64,000 nt of DNA from an uncultured Acidobacteriota bacterium (GCA_963797495.1 CAWCPN010000002.1:1620096-1684095); one strand, 5' to 3'; counted from the first letter of the stretch, positions 40,879-51,738 are shown. Notes: generated from the letters alone by a model not told the origin. Numbers and translations: made by a program.

Positions 40879-42237
40879 AGCGCCAGGCCGCGACCTGCGA
40901 CTCCATAGCCAGTACGCGGGCAGCCCCGACGCGAGCAGTGCGTAGCCGGGCCAGGTCGTCGACGGGTTGCCGGCGAGCAGCAGGGCGATCAGCGCCAGAC
41001 CGGCCGCCGCGTAGGCGATCTGCAACCACGGGTACGCGGGCGCGCGGAACGGGCGCGGCCAGTCCGGCCGGCGGCGGCGCAGCACGATCACCGCCGCGAC
41101 GAGCAGGACGTAGAGCAGCAGGTCCGCCGAGATCACGTACTTGAGGAGCTGGCTGTACGTGCCCGTGACGACCAGCGCGCAGGCCCAGGCCGCTTGGAGC
41201 CACAGGGCGTTGCCGGGCACGCCGGCGGGATTCAGCCGCGCCAGGCTCCGGAAGAAGAGGCCGTCGCGGGCCATCGCGAAGGAGACCCGCGCTCCGGACA
41301 GGACGAGGCCGTTCACGCAGCCGAACGTCGAAACGAGAATCGCCGCCGCCATCGCCGGGGCGCCCGGTGGGCCGAACAGGGCCCGCGCAGCCGCCGTGCC
41401 GACGCGGTCCGCCGGCGCGTGCTGGATCCCGGCGAGCCCGAGCGTCTTCAGATAGGCCACGTTCGTCAGCACGTAGAGCGAGGTCACGGCGAGACAGCCG
41501 CCCAGAAGCGCCAGCGGAAGGGTGCGCCCCGGGTCCCGGACCTCCTCGGCCGTGAAGGTCACGTTGTTCCAGGCCGACTGGGAAAAGAGCGGTCCGACCA
41601 TCGCAGCGGCGAACGCCGCCGCCAGGGGAAGGGAGGCGGAGGTCGCCGGGCCGGTGGCGGAAGCCACCGAGGCGCCGCCGAGGGCGAGGCCGCCGATCGC
41701 CAGCGCCGCGAGCGCGACGGCCTTGGCGGCGGTGAAGAGGTTCTGCGTCCGGGTTCCGGCACGAAGACCCGTGGCGTTGGACGCCGTCAGCAGAGCGACG
41801 ACGCCGATCGCGCACAGACGCTGCGGCGTCAGGGCGAACGGCCCCACCGCGAGCCAGGGCTCGTCCGAGACTCCGGGAAGGAGAACGCCGAGGAACTTCG
41901 CGAACGCGACCGCGACGGCGGCGATCGTGCCGGTCTGGATCACGAGAAACATCGCCCACCCGAAGAGGAATCCCGCCAGCGGCCCGTACGCCTCCCGGAA
42001 GAATGCGTACTGGCCTCCGGCGCGCGGGAGCATGGCGGCGAGCTCGGCGCACGAGAGCGCCGCGGCCAGGGTCAGGAGGCCGGCGACCGTCCAGACGGCC
42101 AGCAGCGCGCCGGCCGAGCCGGTCAGCCGCGCGCTCTCGGCGGAGACGATGAAGATTCCCGACCCGATCATCGAGCCGACGACCAGAGCGGTCGCGTCGA
42201 GCGGGCCGATCCCCCGCCGCAGACGCTGCGTCAAGGC
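40870..42237 (-). CDS. APC-family amino-acid permease; start (TTG) uncertain
   Basis: GPLDATALVVGSMIGSGIFI N-terminal signature, 12 predicted TM. The listed ORF has a low-complexity N-terminal extension. Confidence 0.7.
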   Translation of the reverse strand, partial: ALTQRLRRGIGPLDATALVVGSMIGSGIFIVSAESARLTGSAGALLAVWTVAGLLTLAAALSCAELAAMLPRAGGQYAFFREAYGPLAGFLFGWAMFLVIQTGTIAAVAVAFAKFLGVLLPGVSDEPWLAVGPFALTPQRLCAIGVVALLTASNATGLRAGTRTQNLFTAAKAVALAALAIGGLALGGASVASATGPATSASLPLAAAFAAAMVGPLFSQSAWNNVTFTAEEVRDPGRTLPLALLGGCLAVTSLYVLTNVAYLKTLGLAGIQHAPADRVGTAAARALFGPPGAPAMAAAILVSTFGCVNGLVLSGARVSFAMARDGLFFRSLARLNPAGVPGNALWLQAAWACALVVTGTYSQLLKYVISADLLLYVLLVAAVIVLRRRRPDWPRPFRAPAYPWLQIAYAAAGLALIALLLAGNPSTTWPGYALLASGLPAYWLWSRRSRPGARA

Positions 42238-42250
42238 GCCCGGAAGGCGT

Positions 42251-42889
42251 TCACCGGCCCGGCCGCCGGCATCGGCGTCCCCGGCCGCGCCGCCGCGAAA
42301 GCCGGCGGGCGAGCAGGTAGGCGGCGGCGGCCGTCGCCGCGGCCGTGGCCGCCAGGATCGGTCCCGCGGGAACCGGTGCGGGCGGCGGGGGGACCCGGGC
42401 CCGCTCGGTGGCGGTGGTGACCCGCCGGCGCGCGAGCTCCAGCGCGAGGCTTTCCTCACCCATGCGCATCGCCCACCGGTGATTCGCGGCGAACAGGGGG
42501 CGCAGAACGGGCGACAGCATCCGGAGAAGCGGCTTCTCGGCGCTCACGCGCCAGTCGTAGGTCGCGAGCGTCCACGCTCCGGCCTCCTCGAACGTCCAGA
42601 CGCCGCGGCCCGCGAGGTCCCCGGTCGCCTCGAGGGAGAACCCGTAGGGATGTCGCGACTCGACGACGCACAACTCCCAGTCGAGCGCATACGGCAGCCA
42701 GCCCTTCGTGTGCAGGCGCGCGCGGCGGCCGACGCCGTCTTCGCCTCCGGGCTCGAGCTCTTCGACGTCCAGGTAGACCGACGGCCACCACCGCGAGAGC
42801 TCGCGCGTTTCCGCCAGGACGGCGGCCACCTCCTCCACCGTCCCGAGGACCCTCCACCGGCTGACGAAGCGGTACTCCGGCGCGCCCAT
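42251..42889 (-). CDS. SRPBCC (polyketide cyclase/dehydrase-like) family protein; C-terminal 50 aa may be read-through
   Basis: MGAPEYRFVSRWRVLGTVEEVAAVLAETRELSRWWPSV... Confidence 0.5.
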   Translation of the reverse strand: MGAPEYRFVSRWRVLGTVEEVAAVLAETRELSRWWPSVYLDVEELEPGGEDGVGRRARLHTKGWLPYALDWELCVVESRHPYGFSLEATGDLAGRGVWTFEEAGAWTLATYDWRVSAEKPLLRMLSPVLRPLFAANHRWAMRMGEESLALELARRRVTTATERARVPPPPAPVPAGPILAATAAATAAAAYLLARRLSRRRGRGRRCRRPGR

Positions 42890-42899
42890 GTCCCTCAGC

Positions 42900-43520
42900 G
42901 TCGGCGCGGCGGGTCCGTGGCGCGTCGGGGCCTCCGGACGGATGCCGCCCTTTCTCCTCCGGCCCCCGGCCCGGCTTCAGCTCGCCACGCAGCATCCCCA
43001 TGCGAATCACGTCGATGTACCGGCCGCCCCGGTACGCCTCCTCGCGCAGGACGCCCTCCTCCCGGAACCCGACACGCTCGTAGCTCCGGATCGCGGCCGC
43101 GTTGCCCGCGTGCACGTCGAGACGGATCTTGTGGAGGTTCATCTCCTCGAAGCCGAAGCGGCAGAGGACGCGCGTGGCCTCCTCGCCGAATCCGCGGCCG
43201 CGACAGTCCGGCTCGCCGATGAAGATGCCGAAGCTCGCCACGGCGTTGTCGCGGTCGACGGCCTCGAGGCCGCAGTTGCCGATGTGCCGGTCGCCGGCGA
43301 CGAGGCAGATGGCGAAAGTCCGGTGGGACGGATCCTGCCCCCGCGTCGTCCGCTCGATCCAGTCGGCCTCCTGCGCGAGCGACATCGGATAGCGCTGCGC
43401 CAGTGTCGCGCGCAGGCTCTCGTCGTTCATCCAGTCGTGGCAACGCTGGAGGTCGTCCCGCTCGATCGATCTCAGATACAGCCTGTCGCCACGGATCACG
43501 CGCAACCTCTTGACGGGCAA
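42900..43520 (-). CDS. GNAT family N-acetyltransferase (RimJ/RimL-like); 3' end uncertain because the frame lacks a stop before 42456
   Basis: LYLRSIERDD, HRTFAICLV, GIFIGEPDCRGRGFGEEATRVLCRFGFEEMNLHKIRLDVHAGNAAAIRSYERVGF. Confidence 0.6.
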
Positions 43521-43679
43521 GGATATCCGATCGGGATCCCGCTCCGCGAGACCCCGGTCTCCGGGAACCCCTCGCGGGTGCGGAACCTGGGGCCTTTCGC
43601 TGCGTAACTCCTCAAAGACAGGCCGAGTTTTCCGCGTCGGCGCCGATCCGACGCTTCCGGGCTCAGGGAGGGGACGCTC

Positions 43680-44796
43680 ATGTCGAAACTCTTCAAGACG
43701 CTGATGCTTCTGGCCGTCCTCGTGGCGGTCGCCGCCGGGCTCTACGCCCTGGCGCGCAGCGGCAAGGGCGGCGACGACGGCAAGAAGCTCGTGACGGTCG
43801 AGAAGGGCTCGATCACCGAAAAGGCCCTGGCCGTCGGCCAGATCCAGCCCCGGCAGAAGTTCTCGATCAAGTCGAAGATCTCCGGAATCGTCAAGCGCTG
43901 CATGGTCAACGTCGGCGACAAGGTCAGGCCCGGGCGACCCGCTCTTCGAGATCGCGCCCGACCCGACGCCCCAGGAGCTGACCGACGTCGACCGGCAGCT
44001 CGACTCGGCGAAGGCCTCCTACGATCGCGCGAAGGCCGACTTCGAGCGGTCGCAGGAGCTCTCCCGGCAGGGCGTGACGGCCAAGTCGGACCTCGACGTC
44101 AAGCGCGAGGCCTTCGAGCTCGCGAAGGTGGCGCTCGCCAAAGCCGAGCAGGAGCGCGACCTGACGCGCAACGGCCGCATCGATACCGCGAGCGTTTCGA
44201 TGGAGTCGATCATCCGCGCGCCGGCGGCGGGCACGGTCCTGACCCGCGCCGTCAACCCGGGCGAGCCGGTGGTGCCCCTGACGTCGTATCAGCCCGGCAC
44301 CGAGCTCGCGGCGATCGCCGACATGAGCGATCTGATCTTCAAGGGAACCGTCGACGAGATCGACGTCGGCAAGCTGAAGATGGCGCTTCCGGCGCGCATC
44401 AAGGTCGGCGCGCTGCCGACGGACGTCGTCACCGGCAAGGTGGCGCGCATCGCGCCCCAGGCCCAGCAGAAGGACGGCGCCACGCTCTTCGACGTCGAGA
44501 TCGAGCTCGACCCGGCAACCGTCACGCTGCGGGCCGGCTACTCGGCCAACGCCGATCTCATCATCCGGGAGCGCACGGACGTCCTGACGATCCCGGAGCG
44601 CGTCGTCATCTTCGAGGACGGCGGCAAGAAGACCTTCGTCGAAGTTCCCGGCGCGACCGAGAAGGCGGAGCCGGTCAAGACCGCCGTCAAGCTCGGCGTC
44701 TCGGACGGCCTGAACGTCGAGGTCGCCGAGGGCCTGTCGCTCGGCGCGAAGGTCCTGGAGCGGCCGCCCAAGAAGCTGACGTCGGCGGTGGACTGA
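43680..44796 (+). CDS. macA: Efflux periplasmic adaptor subunit (HlyD/MacA-like), frameshift near 43925
   Basis: N-terminal TM plus lipoyl-like KFSIKSKISGIVKRCMVNVGDKV. The continuation PLFEIAPDP...beta-barrel and MP domains is in ORF 44074..44796. Confidence 0.6.
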
Positions 44797-44837
44797 TGCC
44801 GGGCGATCGCATCCGGCCGGCGCCAGGGATCTGAATC

Positions 44838-46073
44838 GTGCTCTCGCTGCGAGACGCCCTGCGCCAGATGTGGCGCGACGTGCGGAGCCAGAAGCTCCGC
44901 ACGTTCCTCACGGTCTTCGGGATCGTGTGGGGCACCGTCTCGGTCAGCCTCCTGCTCGCCTTCGGCAAGGGCCTCCAGCGCCAGATGATCCTGAACAGCG
45001 CGGGCCTCGGAGATGCAATCTGCATCGCCTGGCCGGGCCTGACATCGACGCCCTTCGAGGGGCTTGGCAAGGGCCGGAAGATCCGGCTGAACGAGGACGA
45101 CGTCGAGGCGATCCGCAGGGAGGCGCGCGGGGTCAACGCCATCTCGAGCGAGTACTCGAAGACGCTCAAGCTCAACTACGGTACGAAGACGATCGCGATC
45201 GACATCTCCGGCGTCTCGCCCGAGTTCGGAGGAATGCGCAACCTCAATCCCCAGTCGGGCGGCCGGTTCATCAATCCGACCGACATGGACGAGCAGCGCC
45301 GCGTCCTCTTCATCGGCAACAAGATGGCCGACGACGTCTTCGGCCAGGGGGTCGACCCGGTCGGCAAGACGGTCATGCTGGGCGGTTCGCCGTTTCTCGT
45401 CGTCGGCGTCCTCGAGAGCAAGGTCCAGAACTCGAGCTACAGCGGTCGCGACAACCAGAAGGGTTTCATCCCCGGCACAACGTACCGCGCCATCACGGGC
45501 GAAAAGTGGGTCGACAACCTGATCTATCAGCCGAAGGTCGCCGCCGAGGCCGAGCTGGTCTCCGACGACGTGCGCCGGGTCATCGCCGGGCGCCAGCGTT
45601 TCGACCCCGACGACAAGGAGGCCTTCTCGGTCTGGGACACGACGGAAAATCTCAAGTTCTTCGCCACGTTCTTCCTGTCCTTCCGGCTCTTCCTGGGAAT
45701 CATCGGCTCATTCACCCTCATCGTCGGCGGCATCGGCGTCTCGAACATCATGAACGTCGTCGTCGAGGAGCGGACCAAGGAGATCGGCATCAAGATGGCG
45801 CTCGGCGCCCGCGACCGCTGGCTCCTGCGGCAGCTCCTGCTCGAGACGATGCTCATCACCGGTATGGGCGGTGCCCTCGGGTTCGCAATCTCCTTCGGGG
45901 TGTGCGCCGTCTTCCCGAAGTTCGGCGTCACCGAGTTCGTCGGCGACCCGGACCTCTCCTTCTCGGTCGCGGCCCTGACGGCGGCAATTCTCGGCGTCAC
46001 GGGCCTTCTCGCAGGATACTTCCCGGCGCGCGACGCATCCCGGCTCGACCCCGTCGTGGCCATGAAGCTGTGA
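44838..46073 (+). CDS. ABC transporter permease, FtsX/MacB-like (large periplasmic domain + 4 TM)
   Basis: MacB_PCD-like loop and FtsX TM bundle (IGVSNIMNVVVEERTKEIGIKMALGA). GTG start. Confidence 0.7.
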   Translation: MLSLRDALRQMWRDVRSQKLRTFLTVFGIVWGTVSVSLLLAFGKGLQRQMILNSAGLGDAICIAWPGLTSTPFEGLGKGRKIRLNEDDVEAIRREARGVNAISSEYSKTLKLNYGTKTIAIDISGVSPEFGGMRNLNPQSGGRFINPTDMDEQRRVLFIGNKMADDVFGQGVDPVGKTVMLGGSPFLVVGVLESKVQNSSYSGRDNQKGFIPGTTYRAITGEKWVDNLIYQPKVAAEAELVSDDVRRVIAGRQRFDPDDKEAFSVWDTTENLKFFATFFLSFRLFLGIIGSFTLIVGGIGVSNIMNVVVEERTKEIGIKMALGARDRWLLRQLLLETMLITGMGGALGFAISFGVCAVFPKFGVTEFVGDPDLSFSVAALTAAILGVTGLLAGYFPARDASRLDPVVAMKL

Positions 46074-46080
46074 GTCGGCG

Positions 46081-47337
46081 ATGAAGCGCAATCTGTCGGT
46101 CATCCTGCACCTCTTCCTGGCCTCGGCGCGCCTGCAGAAGAAGCGCGCGACCCTGACGATCGCCTCCCTCGCCTGGGGGACGGTGACGATCCTCCTGCTT
46201 CTCGCCTTCGGCGAGGGCCTGAAGCGGCAGATGATGTCCAACGACCAGGCCATGGGAAACAACCTCGCGATCATGTGGCCCGGCGAGACCTCCAAGCCCT
46301 ACAAGGGGCTGCCCGAGGGCCGTCCGATCCGTCCCAGGCTCGAGGACGTGGACTATGCCCGCGAGAGACTCCCGGAGCTCGACGCGATCTGGGGAGAGCT
46401 GACGTCCTGGCGGACGGCGCTGACCTACGGGCGCAAGACCGTGAATGGCCGCGTCATCGGCACCCGGTTCGACTACGGCGACGCCCGGAAGCACTTTCCG
46501 GTACGGCTCGGCCGCTTCATCAATCCCCGGGACGAGGAGGAAAAACGCCGCGTGGTGTTCCTCGGCAACGAAATGGCCAAGGACATCTTCGGGCCGGAGG
46601 ATCCGCTCGGCAAGCAGCTCCTGATCAACAACTCGCCGTTCACCGTCATCGGTGTGATGCAGAGGAAGCGCCAGTCCTCGACCTATGGCGGGCCGGATGC
46701 GACGCATGCCGTGATCCCGCAGTCGACCTTCAAGGCCGTTCTCGGCAGCGACCGCCTGAACGTGGTCGTCTTCCGCGTCAAGAAGGCCGACGACATGCAG
46801 GCGGCGCTGAAGCACTTCAACGAGGTGCTAGGCCCGCGGCTCGGCTTCGACCCCGAGGACCCGCGCGTCTGGGGGCTCTGGGACACCGTGAAGGGCCAGA
46901 AGATTCAGGAGAAGATCTTCGTCGGTCTCGAGATCTTCTTCGGCGTGATCGGCGCCCTCACGCTGATCATCGGCGGGGTGGGGGTCGCCAACATCATGTA
47001 TGCCGTCGTCAAGGAGCGGACCCGGGAGATCGGCGTCAAGATGGCGCTCGGTGCCCGGCGCGGCTGGATCACCGGGCCGTTCATCCTGGAGGGCCTCGTC
47101 TACACGCTGGTCGGAGGCCTCTTCGGCGCTCTGATTGCGATCGTGCTCGTCACGGGGCTGTCGTTTCTGCCGATCGAGGGCAACGACGTGCTGGAGTTCA
47201 TGGGTCGGCCCACGCTGTCCTGGCCGATCGGCCTCGCAACCATCGCGATCCTCGGAACCTGCGGGCTTCTCGCCGGCTACTTCCCCGCCCGCCGGGCGGC
47301 CTCGATCGATCCGGCGTCGACGCTGCGCTACGAGTGA
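46081..47337 (+). CDS. Second FtsX/MacB-like ABC permease
   Basis: Paralog of the preceding gene (VGVANIMYAVVKERTREIGVKMALGA). Confidence 0.7.
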   Translation: MKRNLSVILHLFLASARLQKKRATLTIASLAWGTVTILLLLAFGEGLKRQMMSNDQAMGNNLAIMWPGETSKPYKGLPEGRPIRPRLEDVDYARERLPELDAIWGELTSWRTALTYGRKTVNGRVIGTRFDYGDARKHFPVRLGRFINPRDEEEKRRVVFLGNEMAKDIFGPEDPLGKQLLINNSPFTVIGVMQRKRQSSTYGGPDATHAVIPQSTFKAVLGSDRLNVVVFRVKKADDMQAALKHFNEVLGPRLGFDPEDPRVWGLWDTVKGQKIQEKIFVGLEIFFGVIGALTLIIGGVGVANIMYAVVKERTREIGVKMALGARRGWITGPFILEGLVYTLVGGLFGALIAIVLVTGLSFLPIEGNDVLEFMGRPTLSWPIGLATIAILGTCGLLAGYFPARRAASIDPASTLRYE

Positions 47338-47348
47338 ATGGAGAGACC

Positions 47349-48038
47349 ATGACCGCGATCATCGACATGCAGGCCATCAAGAAGATCTACGACACCGGCA
47401 AAATCAAGGTCGAGGCCCTGAAGGGCATCGACCTCGTGGTCGAGCCGGGTGACTTCGTGGCGATCGTGGGCCCGTCGGGCTCGGGCAAGTCGACTCTGAT
47501 GAACCTGATCGGCTGCCTCGACACGCCGACCGAGGGCAGCTACCGGCTGGGCGGCGAGGATGTTTCGAAGTTCACCCGCGACGAGCTCGCGGACGTGCGC
47601 AACCGCCGCGTCGGGTTCGTCTTCCAGGGCTTCAACCTGCTGCCCCAGATCACGGCGTTCGAAAACGTCGAGATGCCGCTCCTCTTCGGCGGCGTGCCCC
47701 CGAAGAAGCGCCGCGAGCGCGTCGCGGAGCTGCTGACGCGCGTCGGCCTCGGCGACCGCATGGAACACCGTCCGACCGAGCTGTCCGGCGGCCAGATGCA
47801 GCGCGTCGCCATCGCGCGGGCGCTCGCCATGCAGCCGGACGTCGTCCTCGCCGACGAGCCGACGGGCAACCTCGATTCCTCCGCCGGCGGCGACATCATG
47901 GGCCTCTTCACCGAGTTGTGGAAGCAGGGCTCGACGCTCGTCGTCATCACGCACGACATGACGCTCGCCCGGCGCGCGAGCCGCATCGTCGAGATCCACG
48001 ACGGGCGGATCGTCCGGGACGGCGAGGCGGCGGCGTAG
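47349..48038 (+). CDS. ABC transporter ATP-binding protein (MacB/LolD-type)
   Basis: Walker A GPSGSGKST, signature LSGGQMQRVAIARAL, Walker B VVLADEPTGNLD. Confidence 0.8.
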   Translation: MTAIIDMQAIKKIYDTGKIKVEALKGIDLVVEPGDFVAIVGPSGSGKSTLMNLIGCLDTPTEGSYRLGGEDVSKFTRDELADVRNRRVGFVFQGFNLLPQITAFENVEMPLLFGGVPPKKRRERVAELLTRVGLGDRMEHRPTELSGGQMQRVAIARALAMQPDVVLADEPTGNLDSSAGGDIMGLFTELWKQGSTLVVITHDMTLARRASRIVEIHDGRIVRDGEAAA

Positions 48039-48043
48039 CGAGC

Positions 48044-49183
48044 CTAGCCGGGAATGAAGTTCGCGCCGACGCCCTTCAGGCCGACCCAGTCGACCAGATA
48101 AAAGCAGGCCGGCGCGGCCTGATCGACGCGCACCGTGGCCGTGAATCCCTGGGGCGAAAACTGCCCCTGGATCGTGATCGTGAACTGGCCACCCACGGCT
48201 TCCGGCTCCATCGCGAAAGACCCGTCGTTCGCGACGGTGCCCTCGTACGTGATGCCCGCGTGCGTCAGCGTCAGCGAATGCGACCCCGGCGCCTGAACGA
48301 CCGTCGTGGGGTTGTCCTGCACCGTCACGTTGCCGCAGGTGTTCTGGCCGGGGACGAGCGAGACGTCGGTCGAGTACGCCCCTCCGACGGACAGGACCGG
48401 AGGAACGTCGACGGCCCCGGCCACGAAGATGGGATCGGTCGTAGCGCTGTCGATCACCGCGGCGTAGCTGAAGACCGCGGGCCCGTTGGTCTGCACGGTG
48501 ATGACCGAGTCGGTCGTATCGAGGAGCGGGTGGTTGATCCCGGAGGACCCGAAGATGTTGTTGACCTGCACTCCCGAGCGCGCGGGGACCGTGCGCTCGA
48601 CCTGGCCCACCCAGTGGCCATCCCAGTACACCGCGAAGACCACGGTCGCCGCCGTGTCCTGCCCGTTGAAGGCGCCGACGTTCGTCCGGAACCCGGCGCC
48701 CGAACCCCCGTTGGAGATCTGGGTGAGCACGGAGTACCGGTGCGCGGCGGAGGAGCCGACGCCCGGGATGAACATTCCGACCGTGGGCGTCGGGTCGGTG
48801 GAATACAGCCGGCTCGTCACGACGACGTCCGACGCCGACGCGGGGGCGGCGACGTCGAACTCCACTCCCCCGGCGGAGTCGGGCGCGGCGAAGGCCGAGA
48901 CCACCATGTCGTCGAAGGCCCTCGACTCCCGAGGCGCCAACGTGAAGGACTCCTGCGCCGGCGACGCCGGGCAGCTTCCGAGAAAACAACGGTAGGTCGC
49001 CGTGACGTTTGCGCCCGCGATGTACGAGGTGTTGAACACCCGCACGTCCGAGTAGAACGGCGAGGCGCCGACGATCGAGGCGGCCGCGGGGATCGTGATC
49101 CGGGAAGGCTGTGCCGTCAGCGGCGCGGCCGTCGCCGCACAGCCGAGGAGGATCCGCAAGGCTCCGCGCACCTTCGAGGTCAC
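48044..49183 (-). CDS. Secreted hypothetical beta-rich protein, no recognisable family
   Basis: Signal peptide MTSKVRGALRILLGCAATAAPLTAQ, Thr/Ser/Val-rich beta-strand composition. Convergent with the ABC ATPase gene. Confidence 0.35.
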   Translation of the reverse strand: MTSKVRGALRILLGCAATAAPLTAQPSRITIPAAASIVGASPFYSDVRVFNTSYIAGANVTATYRCFLGSCPASPAQESFTLAPRESRAFDDMVVSAFAAPDSAGGVEFDVAAPASASDVVVTSRLYSTDPTPTVGMFIPGVGSSAAHRYSVLTQISNGGSGAGFRTNVGAFNGQDTAATVVFAVYWDGHWVGQVERTVPARSGVQVNNIFGSSGINHPLLDTTDSVITVQTNGPAVFSYAAVIDSATTDPIFVAGAVDVPPVLSVGGAYSTDVSLVPGQNTCGNVTVQDNPTTVVQAPGSHSLTLTHAGITYEGTVANDGSFAMEPEAVGGQFTITIQGQFSPQGFTATVRVDQAAPACFYLVDWVGLKGVGANFIPG

Positions 49184-49227
49184 GCGGTCACACTAGCACC
49201 GGCGTTCCTCGGGCGCTCCTTGGAAAA

Positions 49228-51738
49228 TCATCGGGCCGGCGGTGCGGTGAAGGCCTTCGTCTCCTCGATCCCGTCCGTGGCGAACTGAACGACGTTGGGG
49301 TCGGGGTCCCGGGTCAGGACCTCGAGGAGCGCGAGGTCCTCCGAGCGGTGGAGCCGGCCGAGCGCCTGGATGGCGGCAAGACGCACGTTGCGGTTGCGAT
49401 CCGAGGTGAACGTGCGGAGTCTCGCCGCGAGTTCCGGGTCGCCCGGAGCCGCGCCTTCCCACCCGGTGAGCGCCGCCAGGCGCACCTCGGCGACGTATTC
49501 GGGCGCCGTGTAGGTCGCGAAAACGGGAGCCAGCGCGGGGTCGGCGAGCTCCGTGAGGCCGAGGAGCGCGCCGAGGCGGACCGAGTCCCACCAGCGCGAC
49601 GTCCGGGAGAGCTGCCGCGTCAGATAGTCCTTCGTGCCCGGCGCCGCCAGGCGGCCGAGGGAGATCTCGGCGGCCGCGACGACGTCCTCGGCCCGATCCG
49701 TCTCGATCGCGCGGCGCAGCGCTCCGCCCGCGGAGGTCTCCCCCGCCTCTCCGAGGGAAAGGGCCACGGCACGGCGCACCCGCGCGTCCGGATTCGCGAG
49801 GGCCCTCGTCAGCGGCGCCGCCCCGGCCGAGCCGCCGATCCGTCCCAGGTCGACCGCAGCCTCCTGCTTGAGCCCCCAGTGCGCCGCCGGGTCGGCGAGG
49901 ACGCGGGTGAGCGCCTCCACCGCCCGCGGATCGTTTCCGAAATCGGCGGCGAGCTGACGCGCCGCCCGCAGCTTCGCCGCCAGGTCGCCGCCCGAGAGCT
50001 CGGCGAGCACGTCCGCGATCGGCCGCCCGTAGGCCACCTCGCAGACGAGCCAGCCGCCCTTGTCGAAGGTGACGCGCGTCGGACGGTTCGCCGCGGGCAG
50101 CGCCACCGTCGTCGACCAGCCGGCGAGCTCGACCGTGTGCGTACGCGCTCCGCCGGCGTCCGCGATCTCGACCTCGACGGGGAGCCGGAATTCGTTCTCG
50201 AACGGCAGATCCGCCTGGATCTGCTTCACCGTCAGGTCGACCTGCTTGCGTTCGGGCGACCAGCGGTAGCTCACGTCGAAGCGCGGGTGGCCCCCGCCGC
50301 CCACGACCCAGTCCTCGAAGAACCAGGAGAGGTTGCGCCCGGCTGCGCGCTCGATCGCCTCCTTCAGGTCCGCCGAATCGACGTTCGAGAACTGGTGCTT
50401 CTGGAGGTACGCCGCGATCATGCGATCGAAGTCCGCCTCCCCGAGGAAGTGCCGGATCATGTGGAGCACGAGCGACCCCTTCACGTAGGTCGTCTCCTCC
50501 TGGTACATCGCGCTCGGCTCCTTGTACCGGAGATACTCCATCGGGCGCACGCTGCCCGTCGTGCGCACGTAGTCGACGTACTTGTTCAGATAGACCCAGC
50601 GCTGGTAGGTCAGGTCGTCTTCGCCGTGGGCCTTCGCGTTCCAGAGCGTGTGCCAGAACGTGGCGAAGGACTCGTTGAGCCAGATCGAGCCGAGCGACCG
50701 GCAGGTCACCATGTCGCCGAACCAGTGGTGCGCCAGCTCGTGCGCGACGACGTCCTCGTACGTGAAGACCGGCCATGCGGCCGCAAACTCCGGCGCGAGG
50801 TCCGGCGGGTCGCCGGCGACCCGGAGCTCCGTCTCCGAAAATCCGGTCGCCGTCGTCGTCTCCATCGCTCCCGAGAACTCGCGCAGCACCACCTGGTCGT
50901 ACTTGACCCAGGGATAGGGGTAGCCCATCTTCTGCGAGAAAAATTCGACCATGTCCGGCGTCTTGCCGAAGACGAAGTTCGCGGCCGCCTCCGTTCCCGG
51001 CGGCGTCCAGGCCGCCAGCGGCACGGTCTTGTCCCCCGCCTTCGCGTCGCGAAGCGGCACCTTCGCCAGCTCCGCCACGTCGACCGTCACGAGGTAGTTC
51101 GGGATCGGCCCCTCCTGGACCCAGTGGAAAGTCCGCGTCCCGTCCGGGTTCTCGCGCATGCCGTCGAGCCGGCCGTTGGCGACGACCGAGAGCGGCTTGG
51201 GCACGGTCACGATCCACTCGACCGCGAAACGGTCGTTCGTGTCGTCGTAGATCGGGAGCCAGCCCCGGTGGAGGCCACCCTCCCCGTAGTTCCAGGCCTG
51301 CGGCCCGCGCCGGCCGGCCGGCGGGAAGAAGTACAGGCCCGTCCGGGGCTTGCCCGCGTAGGCGATCGCGACCGTCGCCGACTCGCCGATGCCGACCGGC
51401 GGGTCGAGCGCGACGTCGAGCTTGAAGGTCGTCCCGTCCGTCGTGAACTTCTGCGGCTTTCCGTCGCGCTCGACCTTCGACACGACGAGGTCCGCCGCGT
51501 CGAGGGAAAGCATCGCAAGCGGCGCACGGAGGGCCTGGAAGGTGATCGTGGCGGTCCCGGCGATCGACTCTCCGGCCATGTCGAAGGCGAGCTCGGCCCT
51601 GTAGCTCTGGATGTGGAACGTCCGTTCGCGGACCGGCCGCTCGGGCCCCTCGGGGAGACGGTGCCCGGGAACGACCTGGGCGCAGGACGGCTGGAGCGGC
51701 CAGGCGGCGAGCGCAAGAACGGCGAGGACACGTTGCAT
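49228..51738 (-). CDS. M1 family aminopeptidase (aminopeptidase N-like) with C-terminal HEAT/ARM-like repeats
   Basis: Signal peptide, GAMET exopeptidase motif (…EFSGAMETTTATGF…), HELAHHWFG plus downstream E (zinc site), and a HEAT-like C-terminal domain. Confidence 0.75.
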   Translation of the reverse strand: MQRVLAVLALAAWPLQPSCAQVVPGHRLPEGPERPVRERTFHIQSYRAELAFDMAGESIAGTATITFQALRAPLAMLSLDAADLVVSKVERDGKPQKFTTDGTTFKLDVALDPPVGIGESATVAIAYAGKPRTGLYFFPPAGRRGPQAWNYGEGGLHRGWLPIYDDTNDRFAVEWIVTVPKPLSVVANGRLDGMRENPDGTRTFHWVQEGPIPNYLVTVDVAELAKVPLRDAKAGDKTVPLAAWTPPGTEAAANFVFGKTPDMVEFFSQKMGYPYPWVKYDQVVLREFSGAMETTTATGFSETELRVAGDPPDLAPEFAAAWPVFTYEDVVAHELAHHWFGDMVTCRSLGSIWLNESFATFWHTLWNAKAHGEDDLTYQRWVYLNKYVDYVRTTGSVRPMEYLRYKEPSAMYQEETTYVKGSLVLHMIRHFLGEADFDRMIAAYLQKHQFSNVDSADLKEAIERAAGRNLSWFFEDWVVGGGGHPRFDVSYRWSPERKQVDLTVKQIQADLPFENEFRLPVEVEIADAGGARTHTVELAGWSTTVALPAANRPTRVTFDKGGWLVCEVAYGRPIADVLAELSGGDLAAKLRAARQLAADFGNDPRAVEALTRVLADPAAHWGLKQEAAVDLGRIGGSAGAAPLTRALANPDARVRRAVALSLGEAGETSAGGALRRAIETDRAEDVVAAAEISLGRLAAPGTKDYLTRQLSRTSRWWDSVRLGALLGLTELADPALAPVFATYTAPEYVAEVRLAALTGWEGAAPGDPELAARLRTFTSDRNRNVRLAAIQALGRLHRSEDLALLEVLTRDPDPNVVQFATDGIEETKAFTAPPAR

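Noticed and set aside
39320-42052. Upstream 1.1 kb of the 910-aa minus ORF (40912..42052), plus ORFs 41194..42420 (+) and 41522..43222 (+)
   Set aside because: The PxpB homology starts at about 40911. Beyond that the frame is the off-frame of the APC permease. The plus-strand ORFs are antisense to the permease, SRPBCC and GNAT genes.
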